Part shown: one piece after another, positions 1-13,700 of the stretch
How the letters are laid out: the number at the start of each line of letters is the position of its first letter
How positions within the stretch are numbered: the stretch's first letter is position 1
Assembly (NCBI GenBank): GCA_047495785.1
Contig: JBLDXI010000048.1
Coordinates: 620,001 to 684,000, forward strand
Reading direction: 5' to 3'
Length of the DNA: 64,000 nt
Source of the DNA: Lepidodermella squamata
Taxonomy: Eukaryota; Animalia; Gastrotricha
The notes under the pieces: generated by a model
Told to the model about the DNA's origin: nothing
The model's input: only the letters and a program-made list of their open reading frames with translations
The model's database searches: none
Made by a program: the position numbers and the translations under genes

Positions 1-2270
1 CTGATTTGATTGACGCCAGCAATATAAATGCTGTAATCACTACGATTTCCACCCTCCAGAAGCTCGCCGCGTTGAGATGATTCCTCCACTGAAATCGACC
101 GACCAACTGGGACTTCCAATTGATACTCCAAGCAACTGGAATCCTTATCCATGGTGATCCAACGCGACTCGCACGGATTCGGACATACGGTGCCAACAAA
201 TCGAATAGAATGATAATTCTAAGACAAAAAATTCTTACACGAAGAAAAACAACTATTTTTAGCAACTTACGTCAGGAGGAATGAGATTATTTGACGGGTA
301 ATAGTCGATTGCCTTATCGAAGAAGTAGCAATTACCCATACCAACATCGGCTAGCAAAAGCAGAAGAGATTTCGGGGCACATTTGGCTGACCCAGCTTTT
401 TGAACGCACGGCATTGCCGAATCGTAAAATCGATCAACATGCGAATAATCATGCAGACCATGACGCAAAATCGCCGGAAAATCAGCCAGCGCAGCATGCT
501 CAAACCACAGCAATTTATGATTAGAAAAACTTGCGTGAACAAAGCGATGACCAAACGCCGCATCAGCTTCTCGATCGACGCGAAAAATCGATCGAATTTT
601 GATTGACCCATCGAAATCTCGAGTCGAATTTCGCAGATACGCATCAATTAACTCGATTTCATTGCCATCAATTTTGAACTCCAGCTCTTCAATTCTCGTG
701 TTTAAAGCTTCGTAAAGCTGACCAGCGTCTCGACCCATCTGATGAGTAATGTAAAGCCGATGGAGACGAGCCATTAGAGCCATTTTATCTCGAATAATTC
801 GCCTGTTGTCCAACGCTGTAGGCCGGTCAAGGCCGAAATTGTGCGGGATTAGCTCCTAGAATGCACTCGAAGCTTGTTCGACGAAGCGTATCTGCTTTTC
901 CTCGCCGATTTGATTGAGCAAATCTTTAAGAATATGATCGGCCTTTTCAAGAAGCCGTTGGCCGTCTCGCTGGTTCGCCAAAATTTGGGACATTTGATCG
1001 GCATCTAGGCCAAGATCCTCGCGAAGTTCTCGCTTCGCCTCTTCAGGGTCGAACATTTTGGCGACAAGGTCTCGAACTGCGGGTGAAGCTTTCTTATCGC
1101 CCAGCTCTTCATCGTCTCTATTTGATTGCATCAAAGTCGAAATATCGATAGGCTCATTTGACGGGTCGGCTAAAGGCACCGGTTGGTATTTGTAAGCCGT
1201 CACTTGCCCTGCTAAGGACAACTGACCTTTTCCCTTTTCCCATAAACGACCGGTTTTGTCGAAGAAAAACTGCTCAAATTTTCGCTCAGCCGATGTTGCA
1301 TTCGGGAATTTATCCACGGTGTAGCTGCCAATTTCGGTACCAATCCGACCCCAACTTCGCAAAACCCACCACGATTCTCTAAATGCTGAAATTTCAAAAT
1401 AGTCTAACGGAAAATTTAGTTCGTCACTTTTGATTAGATTCGAAAAGCTGAATCTTGTAGAACGAATTTCGACCCATGCTAATCGAAACTGAGTGAAGAA
1501 GGCACTGCCAACTTGTCCCATCAGCGTCCTTGTAGATATGAGCCTCTTTCTTTAATCCTGGAAAAAATTCGAAAAAAATTACCGAAAAACCCGAAATTCG
1601 GGATCCTACCTTCAAGCTCAGGATCCGAGGCTGGAAACTTTGTCCTCGCTCGCTTGTCATGCGTCGCTTCTTCCAGCTCGTCCTGAATCTCGACGAGTAA
1701 ATCGTGTTGGTCACGCATGGTTGAATTCGCATCGCTTGACAATCGCTTTCGATGCGGCGAGATCAAATTCAACGCGATTTCACGGTCTTCTGGCTTCAGC
1801 TGATTGTAGCCAGGAATTGACGTGATATCTGAAGCGTGACGTAGGTCGCTTTCTAAACACTTGGCGTGGTGCCAAACGACGCGTGACGACGCCGGTTCCA
1901 TTTTACCGACTCGAAATTCGCTCATCTGAATCGGCGAGTCGCAAATTTTACACTTTGACCGGTTGCTTTTCGAGTAGTCAAAAATTAGGCTATCATCGTG
2001 GCGAGGTTCGATTTTGAGGCGTAGCTCGATTTTTTGCTTATCAGCCGGTTCTAAATAACTGAAACCACTTATGTCGCGAGTTGATTCGAGACTCGAGAAG
2101 TTCGATTTGCGTTTCCAGAAACAGTCGAAATGGTGCCATTGAGGAATTTTGCCGTCGAAAAACATCGATTGAACCATGCGGCCGAGCCGCAGCTCGCCGA
2201 TATCGATCAAATCGCGGCAAACTCGACATCGCGATCGGCCGCTTTTAGCATATTCAGCGCAGTATTCCAT
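1..2270 (-). pseudogene. PARP1-like paralog C: ZnF-ZnF-WGR-regulatory-degenerate catalytic domain, with an in-frame TAG; runs off the window edge
   Basis: Exons 2270-1610, 1557-1428, 1378-271 and 218-<1 join in frame via GT-AG. Motifs present: PARP zinc fingers (EYAKSGRSRCRVC; DYSKSNRSKCKIC), WGR (RSWGRIG) and LIPHNFG. TAG at 856-858 replaces the Tyr of the conserved FYSLIPH. Catalytic motifs are altered: LLWFEH vs LLWHGS, and DYSIYI vs LYNEFI. Confidence 0.8.
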
Positions 2271-2960
2271 TATAAATTATTATCTTGGTAATTTCTAAGA
2301 AAAAAGGGAAAATTGAAAAGAGGAACAAAATTTTGCCAAAAATTAAGAAGTCGAAGATGAAGAAAAAATTCAAAAAATCTAAAATTGTCAATGCTGCTGT
2401 TTGCAAGGTAAATGATGAAAAAATCAATAGAAATAAAGGTACTTCTCGATAGAGCTTCAACAAATTCAAAATAATTTGTGCGAATTTTCCCGAATTTCAA
2501 AGTTTTAGCCAACTGATGAACTAATTCCGGAAATTAAAAAAAAATTCTGAATTTAAATTTTTTGAAAACTTCACAGTGAATAATTCGTTGAAGTGAAATG
2601 CCACTTTAGAAACAACGTTTTCTCCAAATTTGATATTCAATTTTCTTAATTTTAAATTGAAATTTTATGAAATTTCTCTTTCAAGCTCCATTCCTACTCG
2701 CAGTACTGTTGCCCAAAAAATGTTCTTGTGATCTATTAAATTTCAGCCATTTTTCAATTTAATTTGTAAAAATAAAAAAATAAAAAAGATCTTGCGATAA
2801 TAAAACAATTATTTTATTGTCTCCGCCTCTCGTTATCATCAATTATATTACAAAAGCTTATTAAGAAATAAGGTTAATTAAAAGAGTGAGAAATTCTAAG
2901 AAATTAAGTGATTAAAAAATGTTAGCTTTACGAAAATTCCAGCGCGTTGCCATATTAATT

Positions 2961-5900
2961 TCAGTCAACGGCCATTTTTTGCGGCTCGTCCGTCTGCGGC
3001 GTTTCGACGTCAGTCTCATCGATAGGGTAGTACCGACCAACGATGCGTTCAGCCGAAAATTGCCCCTTATTCCACTCAAGGCCGGTTTTATCCGTAAAAA
3101 CCTCTTCGAAATTGCGCTTAGCCGCGTCTTTCGAGTCGAAAACGTCGAGCTTGGTCGAGCCTATAGCGGTGGCAACGCGGCCCCACGACCGGTAGACCCA
3201 CCATACGGCGTTGTCGTTGGATTCGAACAGCTGGATTCGGTAGTAGAAATTCGATAGGCTCACCTCGGGAATTGAATGGAGTAAAACGCTCCAGACACAG
3301 CCGTCCTCTTCGAAGACGTGGGCTTCATCTTCCAAGCCTAAAAAATGTTCAAAAAGATTAATTATGTATGCATTTCTTGTGTTTGAAACCTAAATTCGAT
3401 TCAATTTTGAGAGATTTTCTTTTAATTAAAATGTTAATTTGTTTAAACTGATTTTTCAATTTATAATTACTTGATATTTGTTACCCACCAAGGTCATACC
3501 GATACTACAACATTATACGAATATTGCTGATTTTTATGTAGTTCTTGTTAAACTCTTTCTCATTTTCTCAAGTTGGCTTCTTCCTTTCTCAAATCAATCT
3601 CAGGGCCCATCGCAGTTGCGTATAGGGGCGAAAGACTAAACAAACTGCCTAATAGCCAGGTTATCGCAATCACGTCCTTTTCAATGGAGAATGGTGACCC
3701 GAATTCTCAAAATCAGGCTGATTAACATACATATCGATGATGAATTGAGTTGAACCAAACACTGAGCTAAGGTGCAAAATTACAACGCTCAATCGCTCAA
3801 ATCATCCCAATCACTGTAACTGCCAACAGCTAACTTCAAATTGAAAGGCTACGCAAAAGCTCTTCTTTGGACTTGTTTCTTGAAATTCACCGGCAATTTC
3901 TCAATTCTATCTTCCATCTCAGCTAGTCGCAAACGACTTGCAAACGGCAAGATACTATTTTCGTCCAGAATTTCCTCTGCTTTGTGTGGCCACAGCTGTC
4001 AACTTTTTTTAAGCCAACTGAATTTTTGAACAGAATTTAATTTTTTCTCGAAAGCGCTTGAAACTCTAGGGAATTTCCAGGAAACTTCAAGGTTCAGCAC
4101 GGAATATCTAATCAGTCCAAGTGAGCCAAAGTGTGTCATTATTGGAACCTTGGGTTCCAGCACTAAATTTCTCCAAATATGGTACCTAATCTTTTTTACC
4201 TATCTTAAATTTTTTCATGCCGATGTTGATTCCACGGGTCGGTTTTACAAATCAGTAATTTTTCCGATATTAAAGGTCATAGAGGCCTAAAATAAACATG
4301 TTTCTACCTAACTGGTACCGAGAAGCCAAGATAAACCCAGAGCCTCAGTATCAACAAAAGAAAATAAGCCAAAATAGCTATTCGGCGCTGGGAACTCGAC
4401 TTTATTGGTGAAAATTTTTATAGACTTATCTTTATTTTTGGAAAAAATCATAACAAGATTTTAATTGAGACTTGCCAGAAATAGGGAAATCAATCAAATT
4501 TCAAGTATGAATTATTTTCGAATTTTTAGAAGTACCTGATTCGGGATCAACCGTTCGCCGTGGTTCCACTTTCGGGCGTTTTTCCTCCACGCCTTCGCCT
4601 TTCTCGCCTTTTTTCGGCGACGACTCAATCGCCTCGGCCGTTGACTTGCCCAAGTGCCGGCCGCCGATTTCGTGGGACGCGGCTAAACAGCGGCGAATCC
4701 GGGCCGCCACGTCACTGCCGCAATTCGAAACCAGAGCGTGACGCTCGACCAACTCAGCCAACCATACCGAGCCGTTGTGTTTCGCCTCGTGGTACGAGGC
4801 GGGGTCAGCGACGAGGCGACCGGCTTGAGCGGCGGCAACACAGTCATCCACAAAATCCTAAAAAATAACAAAATTCATAAAATGAAAATGAAAATGAAAA
4901 ATGGTGATTTCATTTGAAATTTTTGAAAATGTTTGCAAGTTTTTTCCATTTTTTTAAATTGAAAAAATCGACAGAAATACAGCAAAATTTTGAAAAAAAG
5001 ATTACCTCGCCCACGACGTGAACATCGGCTTTAATAGCAGCTCGGACGTGGGTGCTGTGTGAGCCGATGCGAGCCTTGTAGTCGGAGACAACAGCCGCCA
5101 CGGTCGTGTCATCAGGTTCCGGTACAATAGTGGCGCCGAGGCGAACCAGGTCCTCGCGCACCTCGGCCAGCGAGCGGCGCTGCATGCGACCCGCAATGAA
5201 AAATCGAAGGTTATTCAACGGCCTTTCACCTAAAATAGTGAAATAGTAAAATTTAAAATGTTATCGTGAATTGGAAACATTTCCAAGTAATATTGTGGAT
5301 CCAAAAAAATTTCGAATTTTGAAAAATTTTAAAAAATTCAAAAAATTTTAAATTTTAATTTTCACCTATTATTCACTTTCAAATTCAATATCTGGTCTCA
5401 TTCCGTGAATTTATTAATTTACCTGATTCGAGCAAGGGCGGAGGTCGGAAGGCCGCTAAGTGGGGTGATTTTTGTTCCTTCACCTCGTCGCCCCCACTCC
5501 CCTGCTCCATCGGCTGCTCCTCCTGCTCGCGATTTTCCTTTTGCTGATGTTGTTGCTGCTGCTCATGTTCCATTTTTCTCGATTGGCGCCGAGCAATGAT
5601 CCGCCGAGCAGGGCCTTCAGACACCTCGCCTTCCTCGTACTCTTCCTCGCCTCCAGCCTCTTCCTCCCGTTCCCTCTCCCTCTCCGCCTCCTCCGGCTTC
5701 ATCGTCTTGATACCTTCACCCCGGAAATCAGCGGCGACATGCGGTTTGAAGGTCGTCGTAGTTTTTTGATGATGCTCCTCCTCATCGCCAAGACCAGAAT
5801 CTCGGCCAGGTCGGTTCTCTTGGTCACCACCCTTGGGGGTCTGCTTAGGTGGCATCTTACCACCCAGGGCTTCGACCAATCGCCGCTTGTCGTGGTCACG

Positions 5901-6709
5901 GAGCGTGTTGAATCCGGCGATTTGTTCGAGTTTCGCATTGGACGGAAAGTCCAGCTCGTGCCGATTCGCTACGAAGCATCTGATGTGGTGATACTGAATC
6001 CGGGGTCCGTACATCAATGCATGTTCGGTATCCACTAAAAATCAAAATTTCAAAATTGTCAAATTTTGAACTTCGAAAATGTCCGAAATTAGGTCAATAA
6101 ATACCGTCATGTTTTCCGATTCGAACATCGCCCATGTTGATGTTTTCATCGCAAGCCCGGCACCGGCTGCCACGTGACCTAGCATAGCCGATTTTAAAAG
6201 TTCGAAGACCGGCTCGATGGGCGCCAGCCTCGAGTGCCGCCTGCGCAGCTTCCGGCACCCTTTGCTTCTCAGTTCCAATTTCGCCAGCAAGTTCCGATGC
6301 TTCTTCTTCTTCCTCGGTCGTCTCACCCGCAGTATGCATACCTGAAAAATTTAAATTTTAGAATTTAAATAAATATTTCAAATTTTTGTAATTTGAAGAA
6401 TTTTTAAATTGAAAGGTTCAGCCAACCGTGAATAGCTTCTTCCATAGCTTGCTGGTCAGCGGTACGTAAATCACGCCAATTTTCGAATTCGTTCAAACTT
6501 TTGACGGTATGTTCGCGCCAGAAGCATGAAAAGTGAAAGTATTGCGGCGTTCGCGCGTCCGGAACCGTTGCCGCATCGGGCATTTCAGCCAAGCGTAACG
6601 ACCCGTCGGCAATCATGTTGTTACACCGGTGGCAGTGCGAACCGCCACTTTTCGCGTACTCAGCTTTGTAAGGCCGGTCGTGGCTGGATTTCGGCTCGGA
6701 TCGAGTCAT
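2961..6709 (-). CDS. PARP1-like paralog B, 684 aa: ZnF-ZnF-acidic/Q-rich linker-BRCT-WGR, no regulatory or catalytic domain
   Basis: Exons 6709-6427, 6341-6105, 6034-5423, 5229-5006, 4857-4536 and 3337-2961 total 2055 nt and all junctions are phase-compatible. Motifs [27 protein letters not shown] and RSWGRVAT; BRCT-like segment aligns to the neighbouring PARP1. TGA follows the WGR domain. Confidence 0.85.
3615..3795 (+). pseudogene. Degenerate 28S (LSU) rRNA-derived fragment in an intron
   Basis: TATAGGGGCGAAAGACTAA (3621-3639) matches a conserved LSU motif. It is followed in collinear order by ATTCTCAAA and TGAACCAAAC...TAAGGTGC...ACGCTCA, resembling later LSU segments, with deletions. Confidence 0.65.
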
Positions 6710-7774
6710 TATGTTCGAGTTGCGAGTTGACAAAAATTCTGAAAAAGGTCGTGCTAACAGCGATAAAAAATGACGTTGTGCGGCTGTGATTGTCTACGAA
6801 CCAATCGAACAATGTTCGGATTATGATTGCGTAACAAAGTTGAAATCTTATGCTTACATCTTTCCAGCAGTTGCGTAACTGTGACCCCATTTTTTCAAAA
6901 TTTCTCTCAAATTCCATGACGTTCAAAGTTAATTCAACTTTTATTATATAGATCGCCGTTAATTCTGGCTCAGTCAGATAAATATACCTTTACGCGGGGT
7001 TACCTATGAAACGATAGGAGTAACAGGTTCTTAACCTTTTTAGGTGTTTTATTCATATTTAGCATGGATAATGAAAGTGGGAATTTTTGTGTTCTCGAAA
7101 ACCAAATCAAAAGTCGATCCGAATTTAGGGCAGATCTATCAAAATTACCCACAACTTGAAATTTTTCAAGGTTAGGCAGACACGAGTTCTAAATTGCCAC
7201 GAAATCAAGCTTAAATATTGAAATAATTTGCGAAGGAAAACAGGAATTCCCATGTGGTTCACGTTTCTCGTGAATAACATCACGTTTTTCGCACAAGCTG
7301 CTCATCGTTACCCCTCGCTACCGGGTGGGTTTGCGATGAATCCCGATTCACTCACCGTGTTACTTCGATGAAAAACTCTGCAAGAATATTTTCAAATTTC
7401 CCTTTATTTCATACAAGATATTCGATACAATCAACCGGAATATAGGCTCACAAAATTATTAATATACTGAAAAATGGCATAACGAAACGAAAAATCAAGA
7501 GCAGGTAATGTTCGCAACAACCGTAAAACATTCATTATCACGAGCCCACTTCTTCAAACAACAGGCGTTGCAGCAATTTCAAACTAGTTTCAGCTCAAAT
7601 TTTTCCGTGGAAATTCGCTCAAGAAAAACGAATTTTTTATTACACGCGTAATTTTTACAATATTATTATAATATCACTGCGTAATGAGGTTATATAGAAA
7701 TGAAAAATGTTCATGGCATTGTCAATATGGTCTCTGATATTTTGTGCATAAAATGTCCGACTTGAATGTGTTAT

Positions 7775-10700
7775 TCAAACGCTGTATTTGAAGTCGAGTT
7801 TCAGCAGATAGCGCAGGCGGATTTGAGCCTCGTCGTACACGATGAATTCGTTGTAGAGCAGCGACGATCCAGCAGCGCCCGACTGTTTGGGCTTGCCACA
7901 GGGCACCGTGATTTCGTAACCGGCGTCAGCCACCGGCAACTGTGCGGCGCCATTCGGATCGGGACACGTCATGCCACAGCCTTTGACCGAATGAAATCCC
8001 TGAAAAAAAGCAAAAAATTACATTTCAAGTACGAAAATCGAAATTATGAGAAAATATTTTAGAGATGTGAAACTCGAAAACCCATATTTCAGGTGATTAT
8101 TCAAAAATTAAATTCGAAATTTCAAAAAACCTCAAATAAAATTGAAAAAGCCTCCTTAATTTGTTTTATTTGTTTCAAATTTTCGCTGAATTTTCGGACG
8201 TTTGTGTTTCGAAAAAATTGATAAATACCTGAGGCGCTTTGCTGAAGCTCTTCGCATGTAGAACCTCGTGAGGGTTTCCGAGAGCCACGTCTGATAGCAG
8301 CAACAGGCCCGTGTTGTTCATAGCTGAGGTGAAGCAGTAATTCGCCGATTTCGAGACCATATCGGCGAAATAAACGCCCTTTCCGAACATGTAACCAGTC
8401 GACGGCGCTTCAGGAGGCGCAATCCTCAGACCTAAAAATTATCAACATTCATTATAAGATGATCAGAAAAATTCCAGATGAGTTCAAAATTTTATTATTG
8501 AAAAGCTCGCCAAAATTGGCCATACGTTCGCAACCATTTGTAATTTTTGACATTTTTTTAGGAATATAAACAAATTAAGCCCACTGGGGAATCTTCTATC
8601 CTTTATCCACAATTTTACCGAAGAAATAAAAAATTTACCGGAGAAAACCCTGAAAACCCCGATGGTAACTGGTTCAGTAATTTTCGGTTTTTACCAGGTT
8701 GGATAAAATTTCTTCGGATTTTTTTTTCAACCCCATTAAAAAGAGAAATACTTGAATTTTGGAAATTTTGGATAAAACATGGTTTTGTCCAAAATTACCC
8801 CGCATGACGGCAGCTATTAATCTTTTTACGCATACCTTGACTGAGAATGCCGACAAAATTGGTGAGACGCGACCCGTGCCACAACAGCTGGTGGTTATGC
8901 AGTTTATGGAACGGCTCGAACCGACCCGCCTCGCCGCTGCGATCCACCCGAAACACGTCCTGGACAACCAGTTTGTACTGCGAATGCGTGGCCGCATGCG
9001 TGTTCTTGACATACCGCTCCAACAGCTTGAACTCATCACTCGCTTTGTCGACAGGGACGATTTCAGTTTTCAACTGCTTGTAGTGAACGTCCAAGGGGTC
9101 TTCGGCGCCGCTTTGCCCGGAATCGGACAGCATTCGATAAGCGAGTTCGATTTGCATCAGTTCGTCGAGCATGGTCGTTTTGTCTTGAATCGCCTTCAAA
9201 GAATCGATGAGAGGCGGGGCATTCATGCCGAAATCGTGCGGGATCAGCGAGTAGAAGCGGTTTGAAGCGTCGATGAAGACATACTGCTTGTTCGAGGCGC
9301 CATCGCTGGGTGGGTTTTCGATAGCTTTTTGCAGATCGGATAACACGGTATACGCCTAAGAAAATTTAGAAAAATTAAATTTAAATTTTCCCTATTGCTT
9401 TTAGGCGCCAGCCCTGTGGCTGGAATGCTGTCTAATTCGGTGCTAGTCGCACGAACCTACGCAATTTTTATTCGATTTATCGGCTCGTGCGCAATTTGGA
9501 AACCCAATATGGTTATGGGCCCCGGAAGCGAAGAATTCAAGGTTGTACTCAACGACACGACCAACCTGGCCGCTTGGCGGAACCAGATGTTTCATTCGAA
9601 AGGTGCGCTGGAAATCATGACGGGAACCGCTGAACCGCCGGCTGATGGTAAGAGCGAGCGTTGGTGGACGATCCTCAATGGCGAGATCCGCTACGCAATC
9701 GCGCGAACGATTGGTGAACACCTTACGTTCATCATCAATGATAACTATTCGGCCGTGAAGTGTTGGAATGACGTCAACGCCGCCCCCACGCTCGACCATC
9801 CACTCGGAGTCGTCCAGTCGCTGGTGGCTTACCGCGATTTACCTGTTTTTCGTTTAGGGACTTCGCCCGATGCCCACATCGCAATTTTTAGGAAGGTCCT
9901 TAACAAATTGAAGTCGCAGCAAGGCGGAGATTCTTTTTACAATCAAGAAATCCTGGCAAAATTGTTTTTCGCAACTCTGGCGATCCAAACGGAGGGCTGC
10001 AAGAACTTTGTTTCAAATTACCTAAAAGATAACGCAACTTTGATCTTGGTGAATATTTTTACTCGCTTTAGGTTGGAGTATGCCATCCAGATTGCTGCTC
10101 GCAACGAAGTTCTGCCTCCGAACGTGGCACTGGTCGTCGGGGATGCAGGTGAAGGCCTGGCATCGCCTGAGACTGCCCGTTGCGGACACGCCGCTAGTAG
10201 CTGCACTGTTTGTCGACGCACCGTAACTGCCTGTTACGGCTGCAATAAGATAGGTCATTATTTGGGAGAATGCATGAATCCAATTTTTGTTGACGGCTTC
10301 CCCAAGTTTTGCCTTATAAGCTTAGGTCTGGTTATCGCCCGCCAAAGTCGACGCGTCCGTCCGCGCCGCAGCACCATCCGAAGCGACTGAAAGGTGGTTT
10401 TCGTGGCATGGATCGATTTCCAGCCCACAATGCGTTTCTCCGACATCGACAAAGGGCAAATGTCGATTACGAGAACTATTGTTCAAGAGCCCGCAGTCAG
10501 CAACCGAGCTACCACCGTGACTTTCGCAACACCCTCGAATGTCAGTTTGTTATCCTCCATGCCGTTCGACACCGGCGTCTATTCGAATGAACCGTCTTTC
10601 AACACCACTCAAATGTCAGAGCCTCAGTATGGCCTCAATTCACGGTTCAACCGGCTGGTGATTCTCTTGCCGGTTTTTCCGTCGCGGTCTTCGGAAAACC

Positions 10701-13700
10701 CGTTCTGTGTCTAGAGTTTCAATCAATGTTTCTGGGCGCGAGGGTGATTCGGTCGGGCAAAAAAGGCAAGCGGGCTATTACAAAAATGCCAAGTTCAAGT
10801 CCTAGAAATAACTTCTTCGTGTCTGTTGCAGTAAGCCCAACGCGGGGTCTCGTGCACTATGAGATCAAAGAACTCGTGGTGACTACACGAAACGTTATCT
10901 ACCGAGCATTTCGGTCAGTTTTCTTATTGTTTAATGTTCAAGGCTGTCTTCAAGAGAAAAGCGAGCCGAGTTCGGGCTGATCCTTCAAAAGCTCGAGCGA
11001 CCGCGGGGATCCTCTATCGCTGCTCTTTTAAATCTTTTCCTTCGATGAAACAACTGATTATTCCCTTTCATGCTTTTGGACTTCAGCTGGGAGCAGAATA
11101 TTAAATAAAAAACTATACAAACACTATCTTTCCAGTCTTCTTGAACGCGCCATTAAGGATCTTAAAGGTTTTGATTGTTTTAGCACGCAAGGAATCACCC
11201 ATGCTAATAATTATCCTCTTATGTTCGGAAAGCTGACTAAACTGACCACGTCAATTTGAATCAAACCAGCCCCATTAAAAAATTGTAATACAAACCTGTT
11301 GAATTTGCGACTTGCTCAACCGACCAAGTGGCATTTTCTTCAAATCAATCTCCATCTCAGCCATGATTTTCTTCATCATTTTGACGTCGAAGATCAACCG
11401 GATCAACTCCTGAACCTCCTTCGGCAGCTTCGACGACCCGCCGGCCTTGTCCAGCGACAAACTGCTCGCCTGGTCATCAGGGTCGACCCCGAAATCAACA
11501 TCGACCGGGTAGAAACGGCCTGGGATTTTCTGGCGAGAAAACGCGCCCTTATTCCACGGATTGCCGGTTTTTTCGAGGAACACCTCTTCGAAATTGTCTT
11601 TAGCCTTGTCCTTACTCGAGTACCTCTCAAGTTTGTTACTGCCAATAGTTGTGCCAATTCGACCCCAGGCTCGGAAAACCCACCAAGTTTTCCTGAAAAA
11701 TGAGGAATAACTTATCAAAAATTAAGAAAAAATTCGAAAAATTACTTGGTATCACTTTCAATCAATTGAAGCCTGTAGTAGGAATTCATTTTGTTTTCGA
11801 TCGACACCAAATTGAGGACGCAATTCCAAATGCAAGAGCCTTCTTCCAGCACGTGAGCTTCGTCGTCCAAACCTTGAATGAAAAATTACGAGATAATGTC
11901 ATGTCCAACTGAAATCTGTCCCGTTCGGCCACGGTAACGACCGATCGACTTTGTAGTCAAGTTGGCTTTTCGAGCCGTGAAAAATTGATGTACGGACGCA
12001 AAGTGAGGCGACGATCGGCTATTCTGACCGCCGCCTGTATCGAATAGTCCGAAAATATGACGGAAAATAATACGCGAGATTGCTCGAAAAAGGCAGCAAA
12101 ATTGGGTAAAAAAACTACTTTTTGTTTCAGTTTCGTATTTACAATAAAATTAGTCAATTAAATGCAATTAATTTTTTGGCTTTTTTCAATTTCTGAACAA
12201 TTTTTGAATTGCAAAACAAATTATTTTCATTTTTCGATTTAGAAACTTTTCGTAAAATTTTCGAAAAATTTAACAATATTTGTAATTCATTTTAAACCAA
12301 TTTTAAACAATTTTAAACAAATTTTAAACAAAATACCAAATTCATTCTCCCGTGTAAAGATCGAGCCGCACAATTCCGACATATTTTTTTTTAATATTTT
12401 TTCAAAAAATGAACTAACCTGAGTCTGGATCAACAGCCGACCGGCCTTTGACCTTGAACTTTTTCGTTTCTGGGCCGCTCTTATAATCCGATTTCAGGCC
12501 CGATTTCAACGCAGCAGTTGATTTTGCAACAATACCCATCGACTTCGCCAAATTCAACCGAATCCTCGAATTTACATTACCACCGCAATTCGGCACAATT
12601 TGATGTTTCACAATTAAATCAGCCAGATTTGTGAACCCATCTGGAACTGGGTCCGCAGGTTGACCCGGCTCTTGAACGATAACCTTCAATTTCGAAGTTT
12701 TCGCCACTTCAAGGACTTCGGTGATAAATTCCTCGCCGACAACGTGGATATCGGCAGTTTCGGCTGATTGGATGATTTTCGATTTCGCAGAGCCTTTTTT
12801 CGCCTCGGCTGAGCTCGTAACCAGGGCGATGACCGTGCCGTCAACATCAGCGGCTATTGTAGCGCCCAAATTGCTCAAAGCCTGGCGTAATTCGTTGACA
12901 GGCCGCGTCATTCGACCACTGACAACAAATTTCAGCAGAGATAACGGTTTGGAATCGTCAGTTTTCGAAGTAGCCTCCTCCTTTTTCACAGGATTAACGC
13001 GATCTGGCGGAAAAATTCGCTCTCTCGCCTTGTATTTATACTTTTTGAAAATATCGACCGATTCTTTGAGGTCGTCCGGAAATACCATCTTTTTCCGTTT
13101 CGGGGTCTTGGTTTGATAGGCGCATTTCGCCCATTCAGTCATTTGACCAGTGCAACGATAGGCATTGCACGTATCTGAGTGGACTAAATGACCCTTTTTA
13201 CATTCAGGGCACAGGGCTAAAGCGCCGAATAACAGACAATCAGCGAGTCGCTCGATCAGTTTGCCGGCCTCCGGCACGTGCTGGTCGTTGAATTCGAGCA
13301 ATTCTTTCATATCTCGCGTGCTCAAATCTGAATTTTGTAATTTATCGCGAACTTCCCAGATTTCTTTGTTCTGTAGTTTTAGTTGCTCGGCGAGATCGTC
13401 CTTCGATTTTTTATTCTCGACAGCGGTCGATGTTGTTGAGATCGAATCTTCGTTATCCGGCTCGTCCTTGGCCTTGCGTTTTTTCGACGTTTTCTTGCCG
13501 TCCTCTTTGTCTTGATTTGTTACACTCTTCGGCCGCGATGACTCGCCCTTTCCGAGTAGGGTGACCAATCGCTGTTGGTCTTCCTTCTCGAGCTGCGCAA
13601 ATCCGGCGCACGTTTCGACATTCAGTTCCGTCGTGAAGCCGAGATCGACGCGTTTATCAACAAAACATTGAACGTGGTGCCACAGCGTCTGAAAAATCAG

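Noticed and set aside
10394-10980. ORFs after gag as a possible pol
   Set aside because: No protease, integrase or RT motifs are recognisable.
12289-12331. Tandem ATTTTAAACA repeats
   Set aside because: An ordinary intronic minisatellite.
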